Below, piece after piece: positions 1 through 9,400 of a DNA stretch of 58,591 nucleotides (position 1 is its first letter; every line of letters starts with the position of its first letter). The notes under the pieces are model-generated. The model did not search any database. It was not told the origin of the DNA and worked only from the letters and a program-made list of their open reading frames with translations. Made by a program: the position numbers and the translations under genes. This stretch comes from a virus (Duplodnaviria; Caudoviricetes). Location: positions 1 through 58,591 of IMG/VR virus record IMGVR_UViG_3300029624_000135; one strand, given 5' to 3'.

Positions 1-37
1 AAAGCAAAAAGGTCTTTTGGGATAAGAAAAAGCTTTA

Positions 38-45
38 TATATTTG
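38..45 (+). promoter_or_regulatory. Bacteroidota sigma70 -7 element (TATATTTG) of tRNA-Ser
   Basis: Matches TAnnTTTG, 10 nt upstream of the tRNA. Confidence 0.75.
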
Positions 46-55
46 CACCCGCTTA

Positions 56-140
56 GGAGGAATGGCAGAGTGGTCGAATGCGGCAGTCTTGAAAACTGTT
101 GAGGGTCACACCTCCGGGGGTTCGAATCCCTCTTCCTCCG
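56..140 (+). tRNA. tRNA-Ser(TGA), integration target
   Basis: GGAGGAA/TTCCTCC acceptor stem, anticodon loop CTTGAAA, long variable arm, GTTCGAATC T-loop, G discriminator. Confidence 0.95.
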
Positions 141-142
141 CT
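120..142 (+). repeat. att core, tRNA-proximal (GTTCGAATCCCTCTTCCTCCGCT)
   Basis: Identical copy at 53921-53943. Confidence 0.95.
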
Positions 143-152
143 ATATAACTTC

Positions 153-183
153 GAAAGCCCCTGTTTACGGGGCTTTTATTTTT
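153..183. terminator. Intrinsic terminator, probably bidirectional (tRNA / lysis operon)
   Basis: AAAGCCCC...GGGGCTTT hairpin followed by a T-rich tract. Confidence 0.75.
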
Positions 184-185
184 CA

Positions 186-208
186 GTTGAATATCTGGTT
201 GAATGAAA
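186..208 (+). repeat. Putative integrase arm-type sites (GTTGAAT x2, 12-bp period)
   Basis: Same pair with the same period at 53794-53812 near the other att. Confidence 0.6.
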
Positions 209-216
209 GAACGTTT

Positions 217-663
217 TTAGATGATTCTAGTACGTCCTTTTATAATCCATGCAAGTGCGAAAACAGCAGCTATCCAAATCATCTTGTTGCCTATGGTATT
301 GGCCAGTTCAATGTTTGCTTCGCGCTCACTTTCTCTAACAGATTGCTCGTGCTCCCATTGACGTTGCCTTTCTTCACGCTCATTGACCTCTGGACAATTG
401 ATATCATCTTGGGTAATGTAGCCCTGTTCATCAAAGGTCTTTTTTGAAGTTGCTCCATTATCACCGGTATAGGTTTCAGTTTTGGATTTAGGGCGTTCGT
501 TTGGCTCCTTGGGCAATGTGATAAATATCTTGTCCCCTGGTGCGGTTCTGTCAATGGTCGAAGTCTCAAACCCTTTGAATTTATCTTCACTCTTGGAAAC
601 CTTTCGAGTGGACATGCATCCAGTAAGAAAGATGATTAATATGAGTATAAAATACTTTTTCAT
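217..663 (-). CDS. Unimolecular spanin-like lipoprotein
   Basis: N-terminal lipobox LTGC, C-terminal TM helix, last gene of the lysis cassette. Confidence 0.7.
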   Translation of the reverse strand: MKKYFILILIIFLTGCMSTRKVSKSEDKFKGFETSTIDRTAPGDKIFITLPKEPNERPKSKTETYTGDNGATSKKTFDEQGYITQDDINCPEVNEREERQRQWEHEQSVRESEREANIELANTIGNKMIWIAAVFALAWIIKGRTRII

Positions 664-1094
664 GGCTTAATTATCAATGGTCGTTGATCAGTATTCATAG
701 CTGCAACATGTACCCATCCGGGCGTAAAGGATAAATCCTCAAGGGTGTTTATTTTCCTCAAACGCCCGTTGGCAATCAATGTTTTCACATGAACCCATAG
801 CTCGGTAATCTTTCCATTCACGGGTTCCAAATCGTTCGCAGCTGCTAGCTTATGGGAAGAATAGAACGAACCATCCGGGTCATTTGGTGGCCTTAGACCC
901 CTACTGTCCAATCCCAAATCCAATCTATTGATATAGATACCGCTCTCATGCTTCAAGTACCAAGTGGAACGGATATAGTCCAAATCCCAAAGAACATCTG
1001 GGTCAAGCCTTAACCATGCGTTAAGCTCCCCAATATCGTTTATGATTTGAGGATGCACCAGTTCTTCTAATTTGTAGTACTTGGGCTTGAACAT
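660..1094 (-). CDS. Endolysin, peptidase M15-like
   Basis: R...S.H..A.A.D and WVHV zinc-peptidase motifs; lies between holins and spanin; likely start ATG 1094. Confidence 0.75.
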   Translation of the reverse strand: MFKPKYYKLEELVHPQIINDIGELNAWLRLDPDVLWDLDYIRSTWYLKHESGIYINRLDLGLDSRGLRPPNDPDGSFYSSHKLAAANDLEPVNGKITELWVHVKTLIANGRLRKINTLEDLSFTPGWVHVAAMNTDQRPLIIKP

Positions 1095-1185
1095 AATATC
1101 TACCAAAAAATTGCGTGGAAAGCTGCTCCGATAATGAACCATAACAAAGCCCTCATAAACTCCGGTAATTTATAATAAAACGCTA

Positions 1186-1425
1186 TCATTTCTTTTTTCT
1201 TTTTTTGAAGTTGTTCCAATGATTTCTAAAATTATAGGACATATCCTTTATCTCTTCCTCAAAAAAGTAAAGCAAAATCTTAATGGACAACGCTACGAAC
1301 AATGCCCATATAAAACTAAGCACATTTGCACCCAATCCCAAGAACGTAAAGAATGCCGTTACCGTTGGAACGAATTTTAATATGATTACTTCTATTGTGA
1401 TGTTTGCTATTCTATTCGGCATCAT
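1186..1425 (-). CDS. Holin-like small membrane protein
   Basis: Two hydrophobic segments, basic C-terminus, lysis cassette. Confidence 0.55.
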   Translation of the reverse strand: MMPNRIANITIEVIILKFVPTVTAFFTFLGLGANVLSFIWALFVALSIKILLYFFEEEIKDMSYNFRNHWNNFKKRKKK

Positions 1426-1426
1426 A

Positions 1427-1654
1427 TTACTTTGTATCTATACCCCTCGCCTTACGAACTATGTTCAAAATAGTAAGCGGTGAGAACATTAACAGAACAG
1501 AAGCGCAGAATACAACTATCTCAACTCCATTTTCACCCAATGAATCCGTTGCATATCTGTACACTTGAATTGCCAAGGTGATGAACCCTAAGAAAGCTAC
1601 CGCCCATTCCTGTAATCCGTACCTACCAAATTTGTTTTTTATAAAATCCGTCAT
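1427..1654 (-). CDS. Holin-like small membrane protein
   Basis: Two TM helices, lysis cassette. Confidence 0.55.
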   Translation of the reverse strand: MTDFIKNKFGRYGLQEWAVAFLGFITLAIQVYRYATDSLGENGVEIVVFCASVLLMFSPLTILNIVRKARGIDTK

Positions 1655-1696
1655 ATCAATTGCTTTTAATTCTTACCCAATTTCCGTTTATCCTTA

Positions 1697-3772
1697 TCAA
1701 TAATCGATTAAAATGAATTTTCCTTTTTTGATTCTTTTACCTGTTGGTGGTGACGGTACTGATGCTGCATTGACCGTAACGTTCATTACATCCGTAAAGC
1801 TGCCATCATCCGTGGTAATGGTCAAGGTTGCGGTTCCTTCATCGATTATAGCTCCCGCATTGCTCACAACGCCCGTATTGGAGGAAGATAGTGTGAAACC
1901 CTTATCGGTTGCATTGGATGGACTGAACGTATATGATAAATCCAAGAATCCACCTACTTGAACAATTTGGGCATCATTGTCCCAAACTATTCCAGTTACA
2001 TCAATCGGTGACTGTACTTCGTCAACTGAATTGATGAACATTTCTATGTTCGTGTAATTTACATCAAGGTCAAAATCTGCCGAATCATCGACATCTTCAT
2101 TAAGGCCATTGGCAATTTCCCAAGTATTTGGCATACCGTCATCGTCCGTGTCATAGCCAACAGGTCTAGTATTTTCTGGAATGTTATAATATAAAATACT
2201 TCTATCAGTTACATCTGGTCTGGTTGCTCCGTCACAAGTGACGCATGTTGCATTAATTGCATCATCTATGTATCTTGTAGCAATGGTATCAAGATAAACC
2301 TCATAAGTACCATCTGCGTTCAGGTATTTATTTGCTCCGACATCTGCAACAATGGAATCAAATGCCACTAAAGGGTTTTGTTCTGTGACGGGTATTCCAA
2401 GATTATCAAATCTTGACATTGTTCTCCAAGGGCTTTCAGAAGCTTGTCTATTTGGATTACCAGAGCTTTCAGGGTGTCTATAAACTACACCGGTCCAAGA
2501 AGTGTAATCTTTATCGTAGGTCTGTGAACTACCTTCCCATCTATTGTTATCGGTATATATTCTAAAATCATTTTCAGGAAACTCATAACTGAACAAATAC
2601 TCTCCAATATTAAGTGTGTGTCCTGATGGGTAAGAAGAACCCGAATACTTTCTAGCATAGTTACCGATATAGTTAACTTCCGCCTGATTATAAACAGTAG
2701 CCCCTCTAAAGTAATAGTTGTAATTAACGTTGTTTATTACTTCAAAAAAACCATTACCGTCCATATTTGGGAACCTATGCGAAGTATGTGTGTAAAGATT
2801 GTGATGGAAAGTATTTGTTCCTGCGTAGTTTCTTCTTGATGATGATGATGCTGCACTACCCGCTAATGAACCAGTCTGACTGTTCGTTATATGAGACCTT
2901 TGTATGGTCACATTTCCTTGTCGGTAATTATCATCCCAAACACTAAGAGCGGTAGTGTTGCCAGCAAATCTAAAATCACAATGATCAACAACAACACCAT
3001 CATTCCCATCAAGATATAAAGCTGCCCTAGTAGTCGCCGTTCCATCTCTGTACTGGTCAAATTCAAACCTCAAATACCTAATTATAATATTGGAACTTCT
3101 TTTTAGATATATTCCATAGCGGTGTCTTACTGTAATACCTCCTTCTGGTGCTGTTTGTCCGGCTATTGTTACATTGGGAGAAATAGCTAAGTCCCACATC
3201 GCATTTGTGTCGATAATTCCAGATACGTCAAAAACTATGATTCTTGGGTAATTTTCCATAAGTGCCCATCTTAGAGTTCCTGGGCTTCCATCATCAGCTA
3301 ATGATGTTACATGAAGAATCGTTCCACCACGACCCCCTGTTACAAGTGCCCCAGCTCCTTCCGCTCCCGGAAATGATGCAATAGGCAATTCTTCGGCAAT
3401 ATTGAACGTAGCAATTCCACCGGTCATAAATGTCCCATCGGATTCAACGTTATACCCTGTGCCAGATGTCAATGTCAATGTTACTTCTTGGGGACTTGGA
3501 ATGGAGGCATTCTTAGAAATAACAAGTTCTTTTTTGAACTCTCCCTCTAAAAATGAAATACTGCCACTGGATTGGTTTATGTAAGTATCATCTGATATGG
3601 TATAATTAATAGACAGCCCACCGCTAGGACAATATTCATCAGTCAACTTGAACTGTATGACCGCATCGGTAGTATTTGTGGCCCAATCGAACTTTGACTG
3701 TACTATTACAGTAGGTGTTTGGGCTACTACAGAAAAGCATATCAAAAAAAATAAATAGTTTATGGCCTTCAT
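1697..3772 (-). CDS. Exported pectate-lyase (PL1)-like protein with Calx-beta-like N-terminal and Big_2-like C-terminal domains
   Basis: Signal peptide; FPGAEGAGALVTGGRGG, VTIAGQTAPEGG, VVDHC and HRFP motifs of Bacteroidota PL1; DTDDDGMPNTWE Ca-binding repeat. Confidence 0.8.
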   Translation of the reverse strand: MKAINYLFFLICFSVVAQTPTVIVQSKFDWATNTTDAVIQFKLTDEYCPSGGLSINYTISDDTYINQSSGSISFLEGEFKKELVISKNASIPSPQEVTLTLTSGTGYNVESDGTFMTGGIATFNIAEELPIASFPGAEGAGALVTGGRGGTILHVTSLADDGSPGTLRWALMENYPRIIVFDVSGIIDTNAMWDLAISPNVTIAGQTAPEGGITVRHRYGIYLKRSSNIIIRYLRFEFDQYRDGTATTRAALYLDGNDGVVVDHCDFRFAGNTTALSVWDDNYRQGNVTIQRSHITNSQTGSLAGSAASSSSRRNYAGTNTFHHNLYTHTSHRFPNMDGNGFFEVINNVNYNYYFRGATVYNQAEVNYIGNYARKYSGSSYPSGHTLNIGEYLFSYEFPENDFRIYTDNNRWEGSSQTYDKDYTSWTGVVYRHPESSGNPNRQASESPWRTMSRFDNLGIPVTEQNPLVAFDSIVADVGANKYLNADGTYEVYLDTIATRYIDDAINATCVTCDGATRPDVTDRSILYYNIPENTRPVGYDTDDDGMPNTWEIANGLNEDVDDSADFDLDVNYTNIEMFINSVDEVQSPIDVTGIVWDNDAQIVQVGGFLDLSYTFSPSNATDKGFTLSSSNTGVVSNAGAIIDEGTATLTITTDDGSFTDVMNVTVNAASVPSPPTGKRIKKGKFILIDY

Positions 3773-5127
3773 TACAAAACCTCTTTAACAGAATCAATAA
3801 TCACCTGAATTTCATTGCCGATTGCTCCTGCGCCATTAAAAGCGTCGGACATATATATTTTCGGATAAAGAATACCATTAGCCGAATTTGGAGTGAAATA
3901 TATATCATAAGGAGTCAGTGTATTTGTTAATACTATATCTGTTATCTGACTATCAAGTCCATCCCAATCGCTTATGCTAGCCTGACCTGAATTCAATGTG
4001 GTGTATCTAGCTCTAATGGTCATTTTGTATGTAGCGCCATCTGTTAACAAGCCCACAGAACCGCCAGATAAAAACGCAGTGATCCTTATATAATCACTGT
4101 TTCCATCAACAGCACTTGCCTGTATGATAAAACCACCGCTTCCATCACTTACAGATGCCAAATCTGTACTTGAACTTGATAATGCCTGAAAACCATCTGT
4201 AGAATCAGCATTGTTGTTACTGTTACCTGCACTAGCAAATGTCCATAATTCAGTACCTAATACCTCGCCAGTTACAGGCGTATAAGCCAACAAATCAGAT
4301 GGGTCTAAGACAATTACATCACCATTGCTTTTTATTCGTATTCCTAAAGTTTCTCCTTCTCCGCTTTGTGATTTATAATCGCCATTGTCAGTGCCTTCAA
4401 CAGCAAGAAACCCAGTGCCTTCAACAATAGCTTTGACAAATCCTCTTTCAGTTAAACTAGCTTTATTGACAGACATCACAACAGAATCGTTCGTTTGAAT
4501 ATTTATCACCCCCGCCTGTATGTCGGTGTCCGATAATGTAAAATCAGCGGTCTTAGTAATACCATCCGTGTCTATGTCCGAAGCATTGACATAAGAAATC
4601 GTGGCTTTGTTGGTGTATAAATCGTCGAGTGCATCTTTTGCCGTTGTTTGTCCGTTGTAAGGATACGGCACCTCTTCCGCTGTCTGATTATCTGTACCGC
4701 CCGAAAAAGAACTCATATCAATAGTTACAGTAGTGGCATCTGTCAACGTAAGAACCAGGTCGGTTCCCGATATTACACCTGAGGCTACATTTTCATTGTC
4801 CAGATATGATGAAAGGTCAACTGTCTCTGTACCACCATTTTCTAAAGTCAATGTTAGAATGTTAGATGTGATTGAGAAATCCGATATTTGTTGATTGTCA
4901 GTTCCACCTCCGCTATCGCAATCCACCCATCCAGCACCACCATCATTACATTTCCATTTTCCCTGAGTGGTATTGTAGACCTTATAAACTTCGTCAGAAT
5001 TAGAAGTATCAATGGCGTTCATTTGGGCATCCGTGTATTTTCCCCAACGCTGATAACCTACATACCTCTGTCCCATCACAGGCAAAGCGATGGCAAAAAA
5101 CATTATGGCCAATAAAAGCTTTTTCAT
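3772..5127 (-). CDS. Exported fibre/adhesin-like protein
   Basis: Sec signal ending near VMGQ; repeated LTLTL..G..TVDLS and TDNQ segments; S/T/D/G-rich. Confidence 0.55.
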   Translation of the reverse strand: MKKLLLAIMFFAIALPVMGQRYVGYQRWGKYTDAQMNAIDTSNSDEVYKVYNTTQGKWKCNDGGAGWVDCDSGGGTDNQQISDFSITSNILTLTLENGGTETVDLSSYLDNENVASGVISGTDLVLTLTDATTVTIDMSSFSGGTDNQTAEEVPYPYNGQTTAKDALDDLYTNKATISYVNASDIDTDGITKTADFTLSDTDIQAGVINIQTNDSVVMSVNKASLTERGFVKAIVEGTGFLAVEGTDNGDYKSQSGEGETLGIRIKSNGDVIVLDPSDLLAYTPVTGEVLGTELWTFASAGNSNNNADSTDGFQALSSSSTDLASVSDGSGGFIIQASAVDGNSDYIRITAFLSGGSVGLLTDGATYKMTIRARYTTLNSGQASISDWDGLDSQITDIVLTNTLTPYDIYFTPNSANGILYPKIYMSDAFNGAGAIGNEIQVIIDSVKEVL

Positions 5128-5342
5128 TTCTTATCTATTTTGTAATTGATAATATCCTTATGGTTACCTGCTGAAACGGATATTTTGTTGTCAACAGTAA
5201 TTTTGTACTTAAGAGTGTTCCTTTCCAGTTTGTCCAACCTTTCCTCATATTCAGAAGTGAGTTTATAGATGTAATACTTGACACCAAAAAACACCGCAAC
5301 CAAAACTGCAATTGCCAATAGTATGAATAGTCCTGTGCTCAT
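5124..5342 (-). CDS. Small single-TM protein
   Basis: N-terminal hydrophobic helix; translationally coupled to both neighbours. Confidence 0.6.
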   Translation of the reverse strand: MSTGLFILLAIAVLVAVFFGVKYYIYKLTSEYEERLDKLERNTLKYKITVDNKISVSAGNHKDIINYKIDKK

Positions 5343-5695
5343 TATGCTGATCTTAGATAGGGTTCATCATGGTGGGCCTCAGTAGTAGCACCATCCGTAT
5401 TAACTCTGGCTATATACATATCTCCCCCAAAAAGAGAACCGCCCTTTGGGGCTATTACTATGTCATCGGTAAGTAATTGGTCTTTATCAACATTTGGAGT
5501 AAACCGTAGAACCATTACCCCGTTCAAAAAGAAAATCCTATCGGCCATTATTTTCAAAAGAGCACCTAGTTCCGCAATGGAGTTGAAACCATCCACACCA
5601 TGACTGGTTCTCGCATTAAGTTCCTTGATTATATCGGCACCTTCTTGTGCGGTATATTGCTGATTGTTCCATTCCCTTATTGCCGATTGCTCCAT
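5342..5695 (-). CDS. Hypothetical late protein
   Basis: 117-aa ORF, first gene downstream of a late motif. Confidence 0.65.
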   Translation of the reverse strand: MEQSAIREWNNQQYTAQEGADIIKELNARTSHGVDGFNSIAELGALLKIMADRIFFLNGVMVLRFTPNVDKDQLLTDDIVIAPKGGSLFGGDMYIARVNTDGATTEAHHDEPYLRSA

Positions 5696-5774
5696 ATTCG
5701 AAATTTTGATTCACGGAATTGATGTGGTCAATTTCTTTAAAAATGGAGTTGCCATAAAGCAATACGCCTTTGGC

Positions 5775-5789
5775 TTTCAATAGCTTCAA
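5775..5789 (-). promoter_or_regulatory. Late-promoter motif copy 1 (TTGAAGCTATTGAAA)
   Basis: Also found at 14619-14633 and 21085-21099. Confidence 0.65.
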
Positions 5790-5799
5790 TAGAATGGAA

Positions 5800-6009
5800 T
5801 CAAATGAGCTGCTGGAAGAAATACTCTTTTTCCCCTATAGTACAGAAGAATTCCCTTTCAGATTTGAACTTGTCGGAAAACCATCTGTCGGATTTACAAG
5901 ATGGTTCTATGTTCTTAAGCTGTCTATGAAACTCCTTGAAGTTTGTTTCAATGATGACCACCCTATTGTTGAGGCAGCATGAAAACAGCTTTTTTATCCT
6001 TTCGTTCAT
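5800..6009 (-). CDS. Small protein, possibly DNA-binding, divergent from the moron lipoprotein
   Basis: 69-aa ORF; paired operator-like sites upstream. Confidence 0.5.
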   Translation of the reverse strand: MNERIKKLFSCCLNNRVVIIETNFKEFHRQLKNIEPSCKSDRWFSDKFKSEREFFCTIGEKEYFFQQLI

Positions 6010-6074
6010 GGTGCCAATTTACAGAATAAGCACTCATTATTGAAATTATTTTTGTTATTTCCGTTATAAGCACT

Positions 6075-6082
6075 TATATTTG
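6075..6082 (+). promoter_or_regulatory. -7 promoter element of the moron transcript
   Basis: TATATTTG, overlapped by the palindrome TATAAG-CA-CTTATA (6065-6078). Confidence 0.65.
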
Positions 6083-6093
6083 ATATATTAATC

Positions 6094-6185
6094 AGGCAGT
6101 GGTTTGCAAACTGACAATTTTTAATCCATTTATTAATCATTGTTGCCATAGCAATCTTTAAAATCAATAATCGCGGCCACTGCCT
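6094..6185 (+). ncRNA. Possible structured leader or small RNA
   Basis: AGGCAGTGG(TT) pairs with (GG)CCACTGCCT across an AT-rich interior. Confidence 0.35.
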
Positions 6186-6200
6186 TAAAATATTGAACGA

Positions 6201-6488
6201 ATGAAACCCTTTATTTTAAATTTTGGCATCAAAACTTTAATAGTGATCATGCTTATTTTAGTTTCTTCATGTTGTGATGAACTTGGTACCATCGAAGAAT
6301 GCGATTGCTACTTCTATCCGGATACCACAAAAGTGTTCGATTCTGAGAATAACCTCATAGAAGAATTCAAAGGTGACCCAGATGAGCTTTACAATAAATG
6401 TGATTATAACGTGGACTCTTTAGCCGTCGGTAGGAAGATAGGTTCTAGGATTTTTGTTACTGGATACTCCACTATTTGTTTTAATTAA
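6201..6488 (+). CDS. Moron lipoprotein, Cys-rich
   Basis: Lipobox VSSC, own promoter, opposite strand to late genes. Confidence 0.65.
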   Translation: MKPFILNFGIKTLIVIMLILVSSCCDELGTIEECDCYFYPDTTKVFDSENNLIEEFKGDPDELYNKCDYNVDSLAVGRKIGSRIFVTGYSTICFN

Positions 6489-9400
6489 TTACTTGTACAT
6501 TGACATGGATTGCCAGTAGGATCCATCATAAAGGAACATCATCACTTCACCAACACTTCCTATTCCTCTGGTTGATGACTTTGAACCTTTCCAGTTAATA
6601 TTTTTGCCATTTCCGTATACAATAACTCCACCACCTTCTGATCTCCACACATAGCACAATCTTCCTGTTATTGGGTCTGAAGGAAGATAAATGTTAACAC
6701 TCCCTCCTGTTGCGGTGCAAACTATAAATACGTGTGTGGTTATTGTGAAACTACCATTCAGTCTAAATGTTTGTAAAACCATTCTATTGGCCCAAAGACC
6801 ATGAAAATATCCACCATATGCTGGTGCAGGTGAACCATTTGTATTATTGGCCCTGCCAAAAACAGCAGCCAATGCAGCAATATCAGCATAGGCATAATCC
6901 GCTAGGTTACCGGTAACATCCGACAAAACACCTGCTTTTACCGTGTTGAATCCATCAGACCTCTGTTTTCCGGCAAATTCGACTTCAACACCATCTGAAG
7001 AAACTACCGTCCTTCCATCCGACTGAGAAGCGCCACCGTCATGCGTAGCAATTATTTCACCTGTTGTGCTATCAATCTTTATGGTTTGTTCCACTGTCAA
7101 GTTGGAACCCGATGCAGTATAAATTGTTCTTGGACTGACAAAGGTCATAATCCCATTTTCACCATCCAATCTGGTTCTTGGGCTTCCTCCGTATTGATTC
7201 TGGCTAACTATTTGCCCATTGTTTATGATAAAGTCGGCAATGTTTGCGGATTCGGCCAAAAGTAAATCAGTGGCCACGCTATCAAATTGAGCACCAAAGT
7301 TTTCCCAATTGCCAGAAATATAACTCGATTGTGTAGCCCCGTTGGTTCCGTTGTAAATCAAATGACTTGACCCTCTTTTGATTACGTCCCTTCTATTTGA
7401 ATTATTGTAGAATACATCAGTTTGCCAAGAGGTATAATCTCCTCTGAAAACTATAGCTGGGCCACTGTCTCCTTGTGGACCCGTAGCTCCATCATCACCT
7501 TTAGGGCCTTGTGGACCAGTATCCCCATCCAATCCGGTTGCTCCGGATACCAAAGCCACAAACCCTGTCAATCCTCCCGATGTGTTCTGAGCTTCTATTA
7601 CGCAAAGAAAACAATCCGTACCAACAAAACTTATGTTATAATCATTGTTTTGATTGTCGAATGCTTTCCACTCACCATTCACGATCCTGACACAAATAAA
7701 ATTGTTGTCGTTCATGTATGGCGAACTTGGAAATCTTGTCCCTGCAGTTGTAGCGGAATACATAATGTAGAATCTTCCAGATTCCCCCTCCCCGTAGGGT
7801 GTCAACACTTGGGTGCCATTAGAAAGGTTAAAGTTTATATCGTTGCCGTTGGGATGCGTGAACCTGGTAGCCTGTATTCTGACCTCACCAAGATTCGCAT
7901 TTCCATTGAAATCACTGTCCAAAGTGAATATGAAATCTCCCTTGCCCCCTATTTTGGCAGGTGCAATGTCAAGAGGAATAGCACCAAGCCCATCGATACC
8001 ATCCGCGCCATCGGTACCTGATGGTCCCTGACTTCCTGCAGGTGTATAAACCTCCCAATGAGTGGCATTCGTAGGTACCACTCCAGTTGTGGCCTGTTCC
8101 GTGATGTTTATGTACAATGTGTCATTGTAGAAAACCACATCGCCCACATAGTAGGATGTACCGTTGTTATAGTTGCTTTTGTAGTTGGGAATAACAATGT
8201 CATCACCTTGGGCAGTTTGTAAAATGGATCCTTTAATCGTCAATCTGTTCGGATTCGTAACGTTCCAGTCCAAGCTGCTGTCATCATCACCGATGAAGAA
8301 CTTACCGTTGTCCAAATCAAAGAAGTTCACACCATCAATGGACTGTATCCTACCGGTAGTGATGAACTTACCGTTTATGGTGGTTTGACCATAGGTCAAG
8401 CTAATGCCACGGACACCGTCCTGAACAGAATGTATGATACCGATTAGAAAGTAGTAATAGGTGGAACCTGAATCCACCTGAAACCGGTTTGATGTTGTAA
8501 CGAAATCACCTGTTGTACCGGTGCGTGAACATCTAGCATAGATATAATAAAATTGAGCATTATCGGAATGCGTCTTGGTGCTTCCCGAAAGATTCCATTC
8601 TTTGATGGTGTCCTCAATTAGGAAATGTACCAATACACCATTCCCAAAATTGGTTTTTGAAGGGTCACCTTGATAATTGGCTTCTATCAGAAGTTCACGT
8701 ATAATGAACTGCCTACTTTTTCCACCAACGGACAACATTGTGGTTTCAATGCTGAGTGGTTTAATCTTATCGGCCTCGAAATACCCATCAGGATCGAATA
8801 TGGATTCCCTCAGCTCATCAATGTCCTTTAGGTTTCTCCTTATTTGATTGTATTGCAATGTCCGATCCCTGCGCTCAATGATGAAATTGTTGTTCAGCTG
8901 CTTTTGATTGGACAATACCCTTGTGATGTAGCTCACCACTACCTTATCACCAACAGTAATCGAATACTGATAAGGATTGGCCAGACTCTGTGTCAGTTTC
9001 AATATCCTTGTCTGAAAGGTTAGGCCAAAATCATCATCCGTGATGGTGACCAAGTCCCCGACATTGAGTTGAATCAATTGCTCCCTCAAGTAAGGATAAT
9101 GTGGCACAATGGAATAAATGGCATTGGGGCTGCTGTTGTTTTCTAGATACTCATTGGCTTTTTGAGTCAGTTCTGATTCGGCATCATCAATGTACGATTG
9201 TGGCATTTCAATATCGTGTACCACATATTCATCCCCCACCTGAATTTGCTGTGTGGCATTTGGGAACAATCCACCATTGCCATCATCGTATTGGATGATT
9301 ACATATTGCTTGGTTGAATCATTGTACCCGGCAATCTCGAATTCGTAACCTGCCAATTGACCAGAGTTGAAAGTCACCTTGGCGGTAACTCCCGGCAACA

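Noticed and set aside
1697-1760. Type IX secretion C-terminal domain on the lyase
   Set aside because: Only a short basic tail (KRIKKGKFILIDY); the ~70-aa CTD with YPNP-like motif is absent.
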